DNA of 57,485 bases from an uncultured Gammaproteobacteria bacterium (GCA_964556795.1 CAZKWZ010000002.1:1-57485), one strand, 5' to 3'; shown: positions 8,637-18,681, counted from the stretch's first letter. Numbers and translations: made by a program. Notes: generated by a model from the letters alone, not told the origin.

Positions 8637-9288
8637 AACTTTGTTTTAAGGTTTTAAGTTGACGACGACGAATAATGAGCCGGGAGTCAGAATTAATAAT
8701 TTTTTGAGCTTCCTCTAAATAATTTTGATCTTTGGTAAAGATAAACAATTTCATTAGACAACCGGACTCCCAGACATTTATTAAAAATGAATCAGTAGAG
8801 TCCCGATATTGACGAATTTTAGTAAGACCGTCGCACAAATTTTCCAGGCCATGCTTGGTATCGCCTTTTAGAAATTGGGCCTCACCAAGATGGTATTGGA
8901 AGTCTCCTTTTTCGGCGTCTTCATGGGGATAAAATTTTAATGATTTTTGGTAATAATCGACAGCTTTTTTATAATTTTTAAATAAATTTTCCATTTCACC
9001 GAGACGAAAATAACAACGATAAATTTTATCGTTTAAACAAAATTTTTGAGAGATTTCCAAACCAGATAAGGCATCGTGTTTGGCAATAACCGCAAAAGAA
9101 AAATCATCACTAAGTAAAAATAGGTGTTTATAGGTCAAACAACGACCACCTAAAGCCTCGACAAGACCGGAATAATTATTTTCTTTTTGATAGGAAATAA
9201 TTACTTCTTCATATAATTTTAGAGCTTCTAAAAGTTTATCCTGTTCGCGTAATTCCTCGGCTCGTTGGTGTAGGGTTTGGGGATTCAT
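8626..9288 (-). CDS. TPR repeat protein
   Basis: 220 aa with repeated A-x-x-Y-Y-x-K-A/S-L helical hairpins (ALKLYEEVI, AVDYYQKSLKFYP, YHLGEAQFLKGD). Confidence 0.55.
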   Translation of the reverse strand: MNPQTLHQRAEELREQDKLLEALKLYEEVIISYQKENNYSGLVEALGGRCLTYKHLFLLSDDFSFAVIAKHDALSGLEISQKFCLNDKIYRCYFRLGEMENLFKNYKKAVDYYQKSLKFYPHEDAEKGDFQYHLGEAQFLKGDTKHGLENLCDGLTKIRQYRDSTDSFLINVWESGCLMKLFIFTKDQNYLEEAQKIINSDSRLIIRRRQLKTLKQSFNL

Positions 9289-9296
9289 ACAATATT

Positions 9297-9809
9297 TTAC
9301 AACGCTAGAGGAAAGCGATTGTTTTTTATCAAATATTCAAAAACATTTTTTGGGACAAGATTCTTCCAATTTAAGTCATTGTTTAAAATCATTTGTCGAA
9401 CATTGGTAGCTCGGTTATCTAAAATCGTAGGGACAACGACCTCGAAATTGTAACCATAATTTATAAAACAATCAGAGGTATATGAATTTTCAGTAAAAAG
9501 ACAGGTATTGGTTTCACAAATTATTGGGAAAAATTTTTGAACATGATTGACATATTTTGGTGGGTCACCAATATCGGGAATTACCTCTATATGATAGGAA
9601 ATATGTAATTTATTTAAATTGGGGATTAGTAAAGATTTTATTTCTTTACTAGTTAAAAAATGTCGAGTATCTAAAGCTAGTGGTTCGCCAATACCTAAGA
9701 ACAATTCGTTGATTCCCGATGAAACAACTTCTTTTAAAAATTCAAAGTGGTGAAGACAAGGTGGTTGAAAGCGACCAATAACTAATCCGTATTGATAATT
9801 TGTCTTCAT
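9297..9809 (-). CDS. Nicotinamide/nicotinate-mononucleotide adenylyltransferase-like (NadM-type cytidylyltransferase fold)
   Basis: GLVIGRFQPPCLHHFEFL resembles the GRFQP-x-H-x-GH motif, and the C-terminus has RATNVRQMILNNDLNWKNLVPKNV. Directly abuts nadE. Confidence 0.6.
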   Translation of the reverse strand: MKTNYQYGLVIGRFQPPCLHHFEFLKEVVSSGINELFLGIGEPLALDTRHFLTSKEIKSLLIPNLNKLHISYHIEVIPDIGDPPKYVNHVQKFFPIICETNTCLFTENSYTSDCFINYGYNFEVVVPTILDNRATNVRQMILNNDLNWKNLVPKNVFEYLIKNNRFPLAL

Positions 9810-10514
9810 TTATTCAATGGACATAACAGGTGGTAAATTCCTCTTATGCTCAGAAATTTCTATTAAGTTTTTAATTTTTGATTCTATATTTTGATCAATT
9901 TTTTCTCCTTCTAAAAATTTATCCAACTGTTCGTAAGAAAAACCAAGCTCTCCTTCATCGGTTTGTCCATCCCACAGCCCAGCACTAGGTTTTTTATTGA
10001 TAATACTTTCAGGGATTCCTAAAAATTTGGCAAATTGGAATATCTCCGTTTTATAAAGATTAGTTATCGGTTCAATGTCACACCCCCCATCGCCAAACTT
10101 GGTAAAATAACCAATAGAATATTCCGATTTATTGGTAGTACCCACAACAAGACCATGGTGAAGGTTGGCAAAGGCATATAGATATGTCATACGAATTCTA
10201 GACATGATGTTGGCTATAACAAATTTGTCGTGGAAGAAATTAAATTGATCAACAACTGGTTTTATATCGATATTGAATGATTTTATTTTTAGTTGATCAA
10301 CAATTTTTTGAGAATCAGAAATATCAAATTGTTGGCCATAGGGCAACATGATTCCAAATACTTTTTCAGGTCCGAGAATGTAAGCGCAGAGGGTAGCAAC
10401 AACAGCGGAATCAATACCACCAGAGATTCCAATAACAACGTTTTTGGTGCCAACATTAGCCAGAATACTATCACATATTTTGTTTCTAACTTTTTCAAAG
10501 TTAAGTAGCCGCAT
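9810..10514 (-). CDS. nadE: NH3-dependent NAD+ synthetase
   Basis: VVIGISGGIDSAVVATL PP-loop (SGGxDS) and GTTNKSEYSIGYFTKFGDGGCDIEPI. The ATG at 10514 is preferred; the track start at 10544 is a GTG inside the hup terminator. Confidence 0.9.
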   Translation of the reverse strand: MRLLNFEKVRNKICDSILANVGTKNVVIGISGGIDSAVVATLCAYILGPEKVFGIMLPYGQQFDISDSQKIVDQLKIKSFNIDIKPVVDQFNFFHDKFVIANIMSRIRMTYLYAFANLHHGLVVGTTNKSEYSIGYFTKFGDGGCDIEPITNLYKTEIFQFAKFLGIPESIINKKPSAGLWDGQTDEGELGFSYEQLDKFLEGEKIDQNIESKIKNLIEISEHKRNLPPVMSIE

Positions 10515-10530
10515 AACTGATTGTAACAAT

Positions 10531-10558
10531 AAAAAAGCCCCCACCGAGGTGAGGGCTT
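10531..10558 (-). terminator. Rho-independent terminator downstream of hup
   Basis: Minus strand reads AAGCCCTCACCTCGGTGGGGGCTTTTTT: a GC-rich hairpin followed by a T-run. Confidence 0.7.
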
Positions 10559-10575
10559 TTGAAGTTTAAAGAAAA

Positions 10576-10848
10576 TTATTTGACCATTTTCTTGACTTTG
10601 GTGCCAGGGATGTAGCGAGGCATACGTCGAGCCACGATTTTTTTGGATTCTTTGGAACCGATGGCTTTGATGGTTTTAGCCTTGAACATTTTGGTTTTGA
10701 AGGTACCAAAACCAGAAAGCTTGACGACTTCACCAGAAGCAAGAGCTTTCATAATTTCATTTAAAAAGGTCTCTACAGAAACCTTGGCAGCTTTCTTGGA
10801 CAGTTTAGCTTTTTGAGCTACGACTTCGATTAGATCTTTTTTGGTCAT
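10576..10848 (-). CDS. hup: HU family DNA-binding protein
   Basis: 90 aa. MTKKDLIEVVAQKAKLSKKAAKVSVETFLNEIMKALASGEVVKLSGFGTFK...RMPRYIPG is the classic HU/IHF pattern. Confidence 0.9.
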   Translation of the reverse strand: MTKKDLIEVVAQKAKLSKKAAKVSVETFLNEIMKALASGEVVKLSGFGTFKTKMFKAKTIKAIGSKESKKIVARRMPRYIPGTKVKKMVK

Positions 10849-10908
10849 TTATTTTTTGAATTTATAATTCATCTTCATTATTAGCTACTTTCCATTAAAT
10901 TTCAAGTA

Positions 10909-12546
10909 TTACCCATCATTTTTAACCGCATTTTTATTGATTTTGCTACCAATAATGGTGGAAGATGTCCGTAATTCTCGAATTACAGTTACTTTTATTT
11001 GACCAGCCCACTTGGCTTCTTCTTCGAGTTTATCGGCAATATTTTGACTTAGAACAGTAGCCTCTTCGTCATTAACTACTGACGGTTCAACTATTACCAT
11101 AACTTCACGTCCGGCCTGGTAAGCAGCAACACTGGTGACACCAGGAAAGGTCCTGGCGACTTCTTCAATGTTTTGCATTCTCTTTAAATACTCTTCGTGG
11201 ACTTCATAGCGAGCACCGGGGCGAGCACCGGAAGCAGCATCACCTAAATAAACCAGGACTGATTCTACAGAAGAAAATGGTTTATCTTCATGATGTTCGG
11301 CAACGGCATTAATTACAGCTTCTGGCATCTTGTAGTGACGTAATAAATCCACTCCTAGTTCGACATGGGTGCCTTCTTGGTCGTTTATAACTTTTCCAAC
11401 ATCATGAAGTAGGGTGCCAAGACGTACAGTATTAACATCTGCTTTTAATTCATAGGCCAGAGCTACAGCAATTTTAACAGCTTCAACGGTATGTTTGGCC
11501 AAATTTTGACCATAGGAAAATCTAAATTTATATTTACCAATTTCTTTAATTAATTCGACGGGTAAGCTATAAACACCTATTTCTTGGCAAATTCTCTTAC
11601 CTTCGTTTAATAAAATTTTGTCCATATCAGCACGAGTCTGGGCAACCAATTGTTCAATTTTTACCGGCTGAATACGACCATCTTTGATTAATTTTTCCAA
11701 GGTAAGACGGGCAATTTCCCGCCTAGTGGAATCAAAGGAAGAAATACGAATATCATTGGTTTCATCAAGCTCTAATTCAACTCCAGTAGCTTTTTCAAAG
11801 GCCCGAATATTGCGACCCTCACGACCAATAATTTTTCCTTTAATTTTTTCATCAGGAAGAGTAATGGTAGAAACAGTGTATTCTGCCACATAATCGGTAA
11901 TACCATGAGTCAGGGCTTCGGATAAAATTTCCTTGGCTAACTCATCTTGGCGGGTACTAAGATCATCTTTACTTTCTTCAACTTTTTTAGCAAGCCAGGA
12001 GGTCATTTTTTTCTCGACACTACTCATCAAAAGTTGCTTAGCTTTATCAACGTCTAATCCTGAAATATTTTCCAATTTTTCCAGTTGTTTTCGATACAAT
12101 TCATCAACCTGATCAATTTTTTTCTTGATTTCTCCCTGTTGAGTGTCCAAGGATTGCTCACGTTGAATTAAATATTTTTCCTTATCGTCCAAAGATTTTA
12201 ATCTTTGAAAAATTTCTGCTTCTTTAACTTTGGCTTCAGTTTCTAAACGACGGGCATTGTCAATAATTGCCTGAGCTTGAGCTTTGGCTTGAGCTTCAAT
12301 TTGAGGATTCGGGACAGTAGCCATAACAGTAGGAGTCTGAGTAGTAGTGACAACACCTTTTTTATTTTTTTCTGTTTTATCGGCTTTTTTGGGAGTAAAA
12401 ACTACCCGATTATGATCGCTGTCAGATTCAATGGGAGTAGAAACTTCGGCAGTTTCACTGGTAACCGGACTTGGGGTAGGTGCAGAATTGGGAAGATCAG
12501 CGGTATTGAAAAGACTCTTGAACTTCGAAAGAAATGAATTAAACAT
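10909..12546 (-). CDS. rny: Ribonuclease Y
   Basis: KH domain (GKIIGREGRNIRAFEKATGVELELD) and HD domain (LGTLLHDVGK ... AVAEHHED). The ATG at 12546 has GGAGG 5 nt upstream; the track start at 12582 is a TTG. Confidence 0.9.
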   Translation of the reverse strand: MFNSFLSKFKSLFNTADLPNSAPTPSPVTSETAEVSTPIESDSDHNRVVFTPKKADKTEKNKKGVVTTTQTPTVMATVPNPQIEAQAKAQAQAIIDNARRLETEAKVKEAEIFQRLKSLDDKEKYLIQREQSLDTQQGEIKKKIDQVDELYRKQLEKLENISGLDVDKAKQLLMSSVEKKMTSWLAKKVEESKDDLSTRQDELAKEILSEALTHGITDYVAEYTVSTITLPDEKIKGKIIGREGRNIRAFEKATGVELELDETNDIRISSFDSTRREIARLTLEKLIKDGRIQPVKIEQLVAQTRADMDKILLNEGKRICQEIGVYSLPVELIKEIGKYKFRFSYGQNLAKHTVEAVKIAVALAYELKADVNTVRLGTLLHDVGKVINDQEGTHVELGVDLLRHYKMPEAVINAVAEHHEDKPFSSVESVLVYLGDAASGARPGARYEVHEEYLKRMQNIEEVARTFPGVTSVAAYQAGREVMVIVEPSVVNDEEATVLSQNIADKLEEEAKWAGQIKVTVIRELRTSSTIIGSKINKNAVKNDG

Positions 12547-12698
12547 AAAAACCTCCAATACACTTTTTACTTTTTGAGACAAAAGAATTACTCTGAACGC
12601 AACTGGGCTGGGGAAAAGATTAAATCAGAGAGCATTTTTGAATTGGTAGTAAAAAGTGAAATTTATAAATTTAAAATTGATTTTAAGAACAGGATATT

Positions 12699-13334
12699 TT
12701 ACCCGTTTTTTATCATTTCGTCAATCGCGATTTTTATGTCATCATAGGCAAAACCTTTTCTAAGTAAAGAGGAAATAAGTTTATTTTTAACAGAGTTTAC
12801 CGAAAGATTTAGAGATTGATATTTTTTTTTGGACAAAATAGCTTTTATATTTTGGGTGTCCGAATAAGAATAATCTACAGGTAGGGACAAATGGTAATAG
12901 GAAAAAAGTCGGGAGATATATTGTCGGGAATGTTTTCGGTTTTTTTGTAAAAGATGTTCGGCAAAATTATTTTCATCTAATAATTTTAATGAGGATAATT
13001 TGTCAATTATTTGATCAACTAAATAAACATAGTCACCCTTTAACTGATATTTTCGTTGATAGAAATTTAGTTTTTGCCTAATTTTTGGTGTTAATGTTTG
13101 GCTGATTTTTGGAGACAAGGCAATTTGGTTAAGAGAATAGTTGTAAAGGAGATAGTAAAGACAGGAATTTTTGATTCGGTTAAACAAATCATCGTTAATC
13201 TCCTGTCTGGTTTTTAGACCTAAAACAACGACATCATCGATTAAAAATGGAATTTTGGTAGCGTCATTAAAAACTAACCAAACTCTATTTTTAGTCCTGT
13301 GACTCGGAAGGATTTGAATTAGTTGCCGTGGCAT
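12699..13334 (-). CDS. recX: RecX family regulatory protein
   Basis: Lies immediately downstream of recA. Repeated three-helix RecX-like segments ([27 protein letters not shown]; [22 protein letters not shown]). The ATG at 13334 overlaps the recA tail by 44 nt. Confidence 0.6.
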   Translation of the reverse strand: MPRQLIQILPSHRTKNRVWLVFNDATKIPFLIDDVVVLGLKTRQEINDDLFNRIKNSCLYYLLYNYSLNQIALSPKISQTLTPKIRQKLNFYQRKYQLKGDYVYLVDQIIDKLSSLKLLDENNFAEHLLQKNRKHSRQYISRLFSYYHLSLPVDYSYSDTQNIKAILSKKKYQSLNLSVNSVKNKLISSLLRKGFAYDDIKIAIDEMIKNG

Positions 13335-14385
13335 TATCAGTTTCAGTTTTAACTTTTTCCCAAATTTGTTGTCTTAATTCATTGGCAATTTTGGGATTTT
13401 CTTTGAGATATTTTTTAGCACCTTCACGACCTTGAATGTTTTGAGAGTCAATTTTAAAGAAGGCACCAGATTTGGTAATCAGTCCATGGAGGATACCCAT
13501 ATCCACCAAGGAACCATTAACAGAAATACCCTCAGTATTCATAATGTCGAATTCGGCCTCCTTAAATGGCGGAGCTACCTTGTTTTTAACAATACGGGCG
13601 CGATGTTGAGAGCCAATAGATTCACCACTAGGAGTTTTGATATTGGCAATTTTACGGACATCAATACGAACTGAGGAATAAAACTTTAAAGCTAAACCAC
13701 CAGGAGTAGTTTCGGGATTACCAAACATAACACCAATTTTTTGACGTAGTTGATTGGTAAAAATGACAACTGCTTTTGATTTACTAATAGCACCGGTCAA
13801 TTTTCTTAGGGCCTGGGACATAAGACGGGCTTGAACCCCCATCATCGAATCCCCCATTTCACCCTCAATTTCAGCTTTGGGGACAAGAGCAGCAACTGAA
13901 TCGACAACGATGACATCAACCGCATTAGAGCGAACCAATGTTTCGACAATTTCCAAAGCTTGTTCACCATTGTCCGGCTGAGAGATTAATAAATTATTTA
14001 AATCAACACCTACGGTAGCGGCCCGAATTGGTTCAAGGGCATGTTCAGCATCGATAAAGGCGGCGGTACCACCTAATTTTTGGGCTTCAGCAATTACATG
14101 AAGAGACAGGGTGGTTTTTCCAGAAGCCTCAGGCCCAAATATTTCAGTAATACGACCACGGGGTAAACCACCGACACCCAGGGCAATGTCCAGAGTTAAA
14201 CAACCAGTAGGAATGACTTCAATGTCCATGTCATTGCGTTCACCCATTTTCATAATAGCGCCCTCACCATAGGCTTTGGTGATTTGTTCCATGGCTAAGC
14301 GGACGGCTTCATTTTTCTTGTTTTGGAGGTTTGAGCCGGTGGAAACTGCAGAAACTTTTTCTTTTTTGACTTTTTTATTTTTCAT
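13291..14385 (-). CDS. recA: Recombinase RecA
   Basis: [20 protein letters not shown] Walker [47 protein letters not shown]. Confidence 0.97.
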   Translation of the reverse strand: MKNKKVKKEKVSAVSTGSNLQNKKNEAVRLAMEQITKAYGEGAIMKMGERNDMDIEVIPTGCLTLDIALGVGGLPRGRITEIFGPEASGKTTLSLHVIAEAQKLGGTAAFIDAEHALEPIRAATVGVDLNNLLISQPDNGEQALEIVETLVRSNAVDVIVVDSVAALVPKAEIEGEMGDSMMGVQARLMSQALRKLTGAISKSKAVVIFTNQLRQKIGVMFGNPETTPGGLALKFYSSVRIDVRKIANIKTPSGESIGSQHRARIVKNKVAPPFKEAEFDIMNTEGISVNGSLVDMGILHGLITKSGAFFKIDSQNIQGREGAKKYLKENPKIANELRQQIWEKVKTETDNATATNSNPSESQD

Positions 14386-14392
14386 TGAGTTA

Positions 14393-14422
14393 GTAATAAC
14401 AACCCCGACTATATCAAGTCAA
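14393..14422 (-). promoter_or_regulatory. Candidate recA promoter (leaderless geometry)
   Basis: Minus strand: TTGACT (14422-14417), 18-nt spacer, TATTAC (14398-14393), 7 nt, then ATG. No SD in between. Confidence 0.3.
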
Positions 14423-14456
14423 GAAGCAAAACCGAAGAAAAGGCGAAGAAGGAATT

Positions 14457-14627
14457 TTATTTTATTAAAAGTAACAAGACTGAAACAATAAATAAAATGA
14501 CAGCATATTTTAATAATTTCCAGGTTTTTTTAGCTAACCCCCAAACAATACCGACTAATAATAAAATTAAGCTTAATAAAAAAACAACCAGGGGTAAGAA
14601 AACCAAAATAAGAGCAAGAATTTCCAT
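14457..14627 (-). CDS. Small hydrophobic protein (56 aa, two predicted TM helices), unlisted ORF
   Basis: MEILALILVFLPLVVFLLSLILLLVGIVWGLAKKTWKLLKYAVILFIVSVLLLLIK. ATG at 14627, TAA at 14459-14457. Membrane-like composition, but no obvious SD. Confidence 0.3.
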   Translation of the reverse strand: MEILALILVFLPLVVFLLSLILLLVGIVWGLAKKTWKLLKYAVILFIVSVLLLLIK

Positions 14628-14679
14628 AGACAGTTATTATATTTGAAAATATAAAAAAAGTCGGGTGATATACTGGGTT

Positions 14680-16065
14680 ATGAATAAAATTGGTGTGATT
14701 GGTTTATCAGTAATGGGCGGAAATTTAGCCAAAAATATGGCGGATAACGGGATAATAACAGCAGTCTATAACCGAAGCGAAGAAAGGACCAAAGAACTGA
14801 TAAAAGAGTATGGTGAAGGAAAAAACTTAATCCCCTTTTATGATTTAAAAAATTTTGTGAATTCTCTTGAAAAACCAAGAAAAATTGTATTAATGATCCA
14901 AGCCGGGGAAGCAGTGGACATGGTGGCTAATCAGTTAAAAGAGTTTCTGGAAAAGGGCGACATAATTATTGATGGAGGGAATTCTTATTTTAAGGACACG
15001 ATTAGAAGAGAAAAAGAATTAAGCGAAGAGGGAATTAATTTTGTGGGGATGGGAATTTCTGGTGGCGAAGAAGGAGCCAGACGTGGACCATCAATGATGC
15101 CGGGTGGCAGTAGTGAGGCATGGAAAAATTTAGGACCAATTTTTGAAAAAGTTGCCGCCAGAGACTTCAAGGGATTGCCATGTATTACCTATATTGGCGA
15201 AAATGGGGCCGGGCATTTTGTCAAAATGGTTCATAACGCTATTGAATATATTGATATTCAACTAATTGCCGAAACTTATTGGATTATGAAAAGTGGTCTG
15301 CATATGAGTAATGAGGAGATGGCAAAAGTTTTTTCTGACTGGAATAATGGCCGGTTGAATTCGTATTTGATTGAAATTACAGCAAAAATTTTGGAGACAA
15401 AAAATGAAAAAGGAGAATATGTGTTAGATACAATTTTAGATACAGCTGGAAGCAAAGGAACTGGCAAATGGGCGTCGCTAGAAAGTTTAGAATTGGGGGT
15501 ACCAGCAATGAGCATTGCCATATCAGTTTTGGCTCGATACATTTCTGATAAAAAGGAGGAAAGACTTAGAATTAGCGAAAGTTTTGAAAAGGCAACTGAT
15601 GAAAAAATGACGGTGAGTATAGAAGAACTGGAAAAAACTTTATATACCACTAAAATTTTGGCTTATGCCCAGGGTTACGAATTAATGAAACAGGCAGCAA
15701 CTGATTATCATTGGAATTTAAATTTTCAGGAAATTTCCCGAATTTGGCAAGGCGGATGTATTATTAGAGCTCAATTTTTAAAAGATTTAACGGAAATATT
15801 TTCCGATAATGTAGAAAATATAATTTTGGCGAAATATTTTAAAAAGGATATTAAAGAAAATATGGGAGTAGCGAGAAAAGTGGCTACGGCGGCAATAATG
15901 GCAGAAATCCCGGTGGCAGAAATTTTATCGACAATTTCATATTTTGATAGTTTAAAATCTCCTAAACTACCAGCTAATTTGATACAAGCTCAAAGAGATT
16001 TTTTTGGAGCACACACTTTTCAAACCGAAATCAACGGTGAAGCCAAACACTTTGAATGGAATTAG
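14680..16065 (+). CDS. gnd: 6-phosphogluconate dehydrogenase, decarboxylating
   Basis: IGVIGLSVMGGNLAKNM Rossmann N-terminus, GMGISGGEEGARRGPSMMPGG, GAGHFVKMVHNAIEY. The ATG at 14680 is preferred over the GTG at 14665. Confidence 0.92.
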   Translation: MNKIGVIGLSVMGGNLAKNMADNGIITAVYNRSEERTKELIKEYGEGKNLIPFYDLKNFVNSLEKPRKIVLMIQAGEAVDMVANQLKEFLEKGDIIIDGGNSYFKDTIRREKELSEEGINFVGMGISGGEEGARRGPSMMPGGSSEAWKNLGPIFEKVAARDFKGLPCITYIGENGAGHFVKMVHNAIEYIDIQLIAETYWIMKSGLHMSNEEMAKVFSDWNNGRLNSYLIEITAKILETKNEKGEYVLDTILDTAGSKGTGKWASLESLELGVPAMSIAISVLARYISDKKEERLRISESFEKATDEKMTVSIEELEKTLYTTKILAYAQGYELMKQAATDYHWNLNFQEISRIWQGGCIIRAQFLKDLTEIFSDNVENIILAKYFKKDIKENMGVARKVATAAIMAEIPVAEILSTISYFDSLKSPKLPANLIQAQRDFFGAHTFQTEINGEAKHFEWN

Positions 16066-16282
16066 GATGTATATATAGTAATATTTATTACGATATTATA
16101 GACTCGGGCTATTAATTAAATTTACACGGTAAGGAAAATTCAAAAACCAAATTTTTGAAAGTAATTTTTAGTGTCTAATTTTGATTATAGAAAGCTTTTT
16201 AAAAAAAAGAAACTGTTGAATCTATTACCAATAAATATAAAATAGTTTTAATTTATAGGTTACTAAAATATCATTAAGCAGT

Positions 16283-17755
16283 ATGAAAAAAACTCCTGAA
16301 CTTTCAAATCATTCAATAAGTATTGAATCTTTTGGAGGAACAGAAGGTTTGGTGACTGGATCCTGTCACCGAGTTACCATTGATGATACTTTTTCTGTTT
16401 TAGTAGACTGTGGAATGTATCAAGGTAGATTTGAAGAAAGATCCAAAAGAGGCGTAAGGAGAAATTTTGAACCCATAAAACATATTGCTAAGGGGGTGAC
16501 TCATGTTTTAGAGAGTCATGCTCATATCGACCATACCGGACGTTTACCAATGATTTATCGAGATGGATTTACTCCAACAATTTTAGCCACGGAGGCGACA
16601 GCTGCATTTATGGAACCGATGTTATATAACTCAGCCAAAATACAGGAAAATGAGCACCCTTCAAATCAGCTATATGAACGTCATGATGTAGAAAAAACGT
16701 TAAACCATATTAAGGTAGTAAAACCTTTTGAAACGATTCCAGTTGGACCAAAAAATCAAAGTAGAACTAGTACAGAATTTCTATTGAATGGTCATATTAT
16801 GGGGGCATCATCGATAGTTTTAAGAGATCATAAACATGGAAAAACAATATTATTTACTGGTGATATGGGAAAACCAGAACAGTCTCTGTGTGGAGGTTAT
16901 AATGATTTTTCCTATAGATATCCAAAAGATCCGATACAAACTTTGGTAATTGAGTCAACAAATTTTGAAAAAAATCCAGTGTCCTTTGAGGTAAAACAAA
17001 ATGAATTTATTAAAACCATTAAAGAAGTTTGGGCGGGTGGTGGTAATCCACTTTTTCCAGTTTTATCTTTACACAGATCTCAAGAAATTATGGAAATGAT
17101 TCATAATTGTCAAGAAAGTGGAGAAATTCCATCGGATTGTCGAATTATTATTGATGCCCCATTGGCAATGGAAGTTTTGGATACATTTAAAGAGTTGGGT
17201 CCAGATTTTTTATCAAAAAGATATGGAAATGATCCAGAATTTTATGCCACAGATGAAAGTAGTATTGGGAGATTTAATTTAAAAAGATTAATGGTGGTAA
17301 AGGAACACAAAGAATCCCAAATGACAGATCAATTGTATGCAAATTATGGCTACGGCGGTAAAGTAATTATTTTAGCTAGCGGTGGCATGGGTAATTATGG
17401 TAGAGCAGTAAATTACCTACATGGTAGTTTTGCAATGAATCCGAAAAATGCGGTTGTTTTGACTTGTTTTCAAGTTCCAGGAACCGAAGGTGCGGGAATA
17501 TTGCACAGAGGGAAAATGGTAAACGGCAAGAGAGAAGGGGCTAGAGTCTTGAAAATTGAAGGTTTTACTAGCCATATAAGTGGACCAAAAGAGACCTTTG
17601 ATTTTTTAGAAAAATTTAACCTTAGTCAACTGAACAGGGTTATTATCACCCACGGAAGAGATACCGCTAGAAATGCTATGGCCGAAGAGTTTAAACGAAG
17701 AGGCTACGGAGCAGAAATTGTGTTATCAAAGATAGGTCAAACCATTGAGGTTTAA
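16283..17755 (+). CDS. MBL-fold beta-CASP family hydrolase (RNA-metabolising metallo-beta-lactamase type)
   Basis: LESHAHIDHTGRLP (HxHxDH), later GDMG, SGGM and THGR motifs in beta-CASP order. 490 aa. Confidence 0.7.
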   Translation: MKKTPELSNHSISIESFGGTEGLVTGSCHRVTIDDTFSVLVDCGMYQGRFEERSKRGVRRNFEPIKHIAKGVTHVLESHAHIDHTGRLPMIYRDGFTPTILATEATAAFMEPMLYNSAKIQENEHPSNQLYERHDVEKTLNHIKVVKPFETIPVGPKNQSRTSTEFLLNGHIMGASSIVLRDHKHGKTILFTGDMGKPEQSLCGGYNDFSYRYPKDPIQTLVIESTNFEKNPVSFEVKQNEFIKTIKEVWAGGGNPLFPVLSLHRSQEIMEMIHNCQESGEIPSDCRIIIDAPLAMEVLDTFKELGPDFLSKRYGNDPEFYATDESSIGRFNLKRLMVVKEHKESQMTDQLYANYGYGGKVIILASGGMGNYGRAVNYLHGSFAMNPKNAVVLTCFQVPGTEGAGILHRGKMVNGKREGARVLKIEGFTSHISGPKETFDFLEKFNLSQLNRVIITHGRDTARNAMAEEFKRRGYGAEIVLSKIGQTIEV

Positions 17756-17758
17756 ATT

Positions 17759-18595
17759 TTAATCCAATTTAAAGAGCTCTCGATTCCTGGTTTCAAAGAT
17801 AATTTTTTGAATCATTTGAGAATAGGTATAAGTCGGAAGTCCAAGTTTTTTTAAGAGACTTAAATCTTTTTTCTCCGAAAAATGTGCAGTATCATGATTA
17901 TCAACCGGGCTAACTTTGACTCCAAACGGAGATAAAATGTCGTTGGCAGTATCGTAACGAGACTTTAAATCTTCAACAGCAACAGGAATTAATTGATTTT
18001 GAATATTTTTTTTAATTATTTCACTAACAACTTCCGAGAGATGTCCCAAATATGTTGGTTGAAATTTCCAGGAGGTGTCATATTCTGCAGGAGTACCTTC
18101 GTCTAAATTTTTTAATAAACGATTAAAAGGACGATCATTGACGGTATTGGGACTAAATCCAAGAATTAAAGAGGGGCGAAGAATTATCCAACCAGATTTA
18201 TTTTCTTTAATAATTTGTTCTGAATTATATTTTGTCTTTCCATAAATATTATCCGGATTAAAAGCAGCAAAACTAGAGATATAAATAATTTTGGAATTAA
18301 TTTTATTGGAAGCATCGACAATATAGCGAGTAGCTTTTTCATTTAAATCCAAAGCTTCTTTGGGATTAGCTTCGCACCAACGGGAATTAGCATTGGCGGC
18401 AACATCAACAATATAATTCGGTTTTTCCTTTTCCAAAACAGTGTCAACTTCGGCCTTATTGGTGATATCAAGCTTAATGAAAGATTTTGAGAGTGGTGAA
18501 GAATTGTAGGTCCCAACAAGATCAAATTCCTTGGACAAATCTCGGTAAACTCTAGATCCTACATAACTACTAGCCCCAGTAATTAAAATTTTCAT
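17759..18595 (-). CDS. NAD-dependent epimerase/dehydratase family protein (SDR; RmlD-like)
   Basis: MKILITGASSYVGSRV Rossmann start and YGKTK catalytic YxxxK. The track ORF extension to 18634 reads through the tRNA. Confidence 0.75.
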   Translation of the reverse strand: MKILITGASSYVGSRVYRDLSKEFDLVGTYNSSPLSKSFIKLDITNKAEVDTVLEKEKPNYIVDVAANANSRWCEANPKEALDLNEKATRYIVDASNKINSKIIYISSFAAFNPDNIYGKTKYNSEQIIKENKSGWIILRPSLILGFSPNTVNDRPFNRLLKNLDEGTPAEYDTSWKFQPTYLGHLSEVVSEIIKKNIQNQLIPVAVEDLKSRYDTANDILSPFGVKVSPVDNHDTAHFSEKKDLSLLKKLGLPTYTYSQMIQKIIFETRNRELFKLD

Positions 18596-18597
18596 TG

Positions 18598-18671
18598 TCG
18601 GGAATACTGGATTCGAACCAGCAACCTCACGCACCCCATGCGTGCGCGCTAGCCAATTGCGCCAATCCCCG
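18598..18671 (-). tRNA. tRNA-Pro (anticodon GGG)
   Basis: Hand-folded 74-nt cloverleaf. Acceptor CGGGGAT/ATTCCCG, D stem GCGC/GCGC, anticodon stem CACGC/GCGTG with loop AT-GGG-GT, T arm GCTGG-TTCGAAT-CCAGT, discriminator A. No encoded CCA. Confidence 0.92.
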
Positions 18672-18681
18672 GGTTACAGAG

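Noticed and set aside
16066-16282. A 217-nt AT-rich spacer upstream of the beta-CASP gene as a possible sRNA or riboswitch.
   Set aside because: It has no conserved motif I recognise, no stable GC-rich helices and no terminator. There is only a plausible promoter: TTGAAT (16216-16221), 16 nt, TAAAAT (16238-16243).
18596-18634. N-terminal extension MREVAGSNPVFPT of the 17759-18634 ORF.
   Set aside because: These codons are the reverse-strand T arm and acceptor of tRNA-Pro (GGTTCGAATCC). The Rossmann motif begins right after the ATG at 18595.
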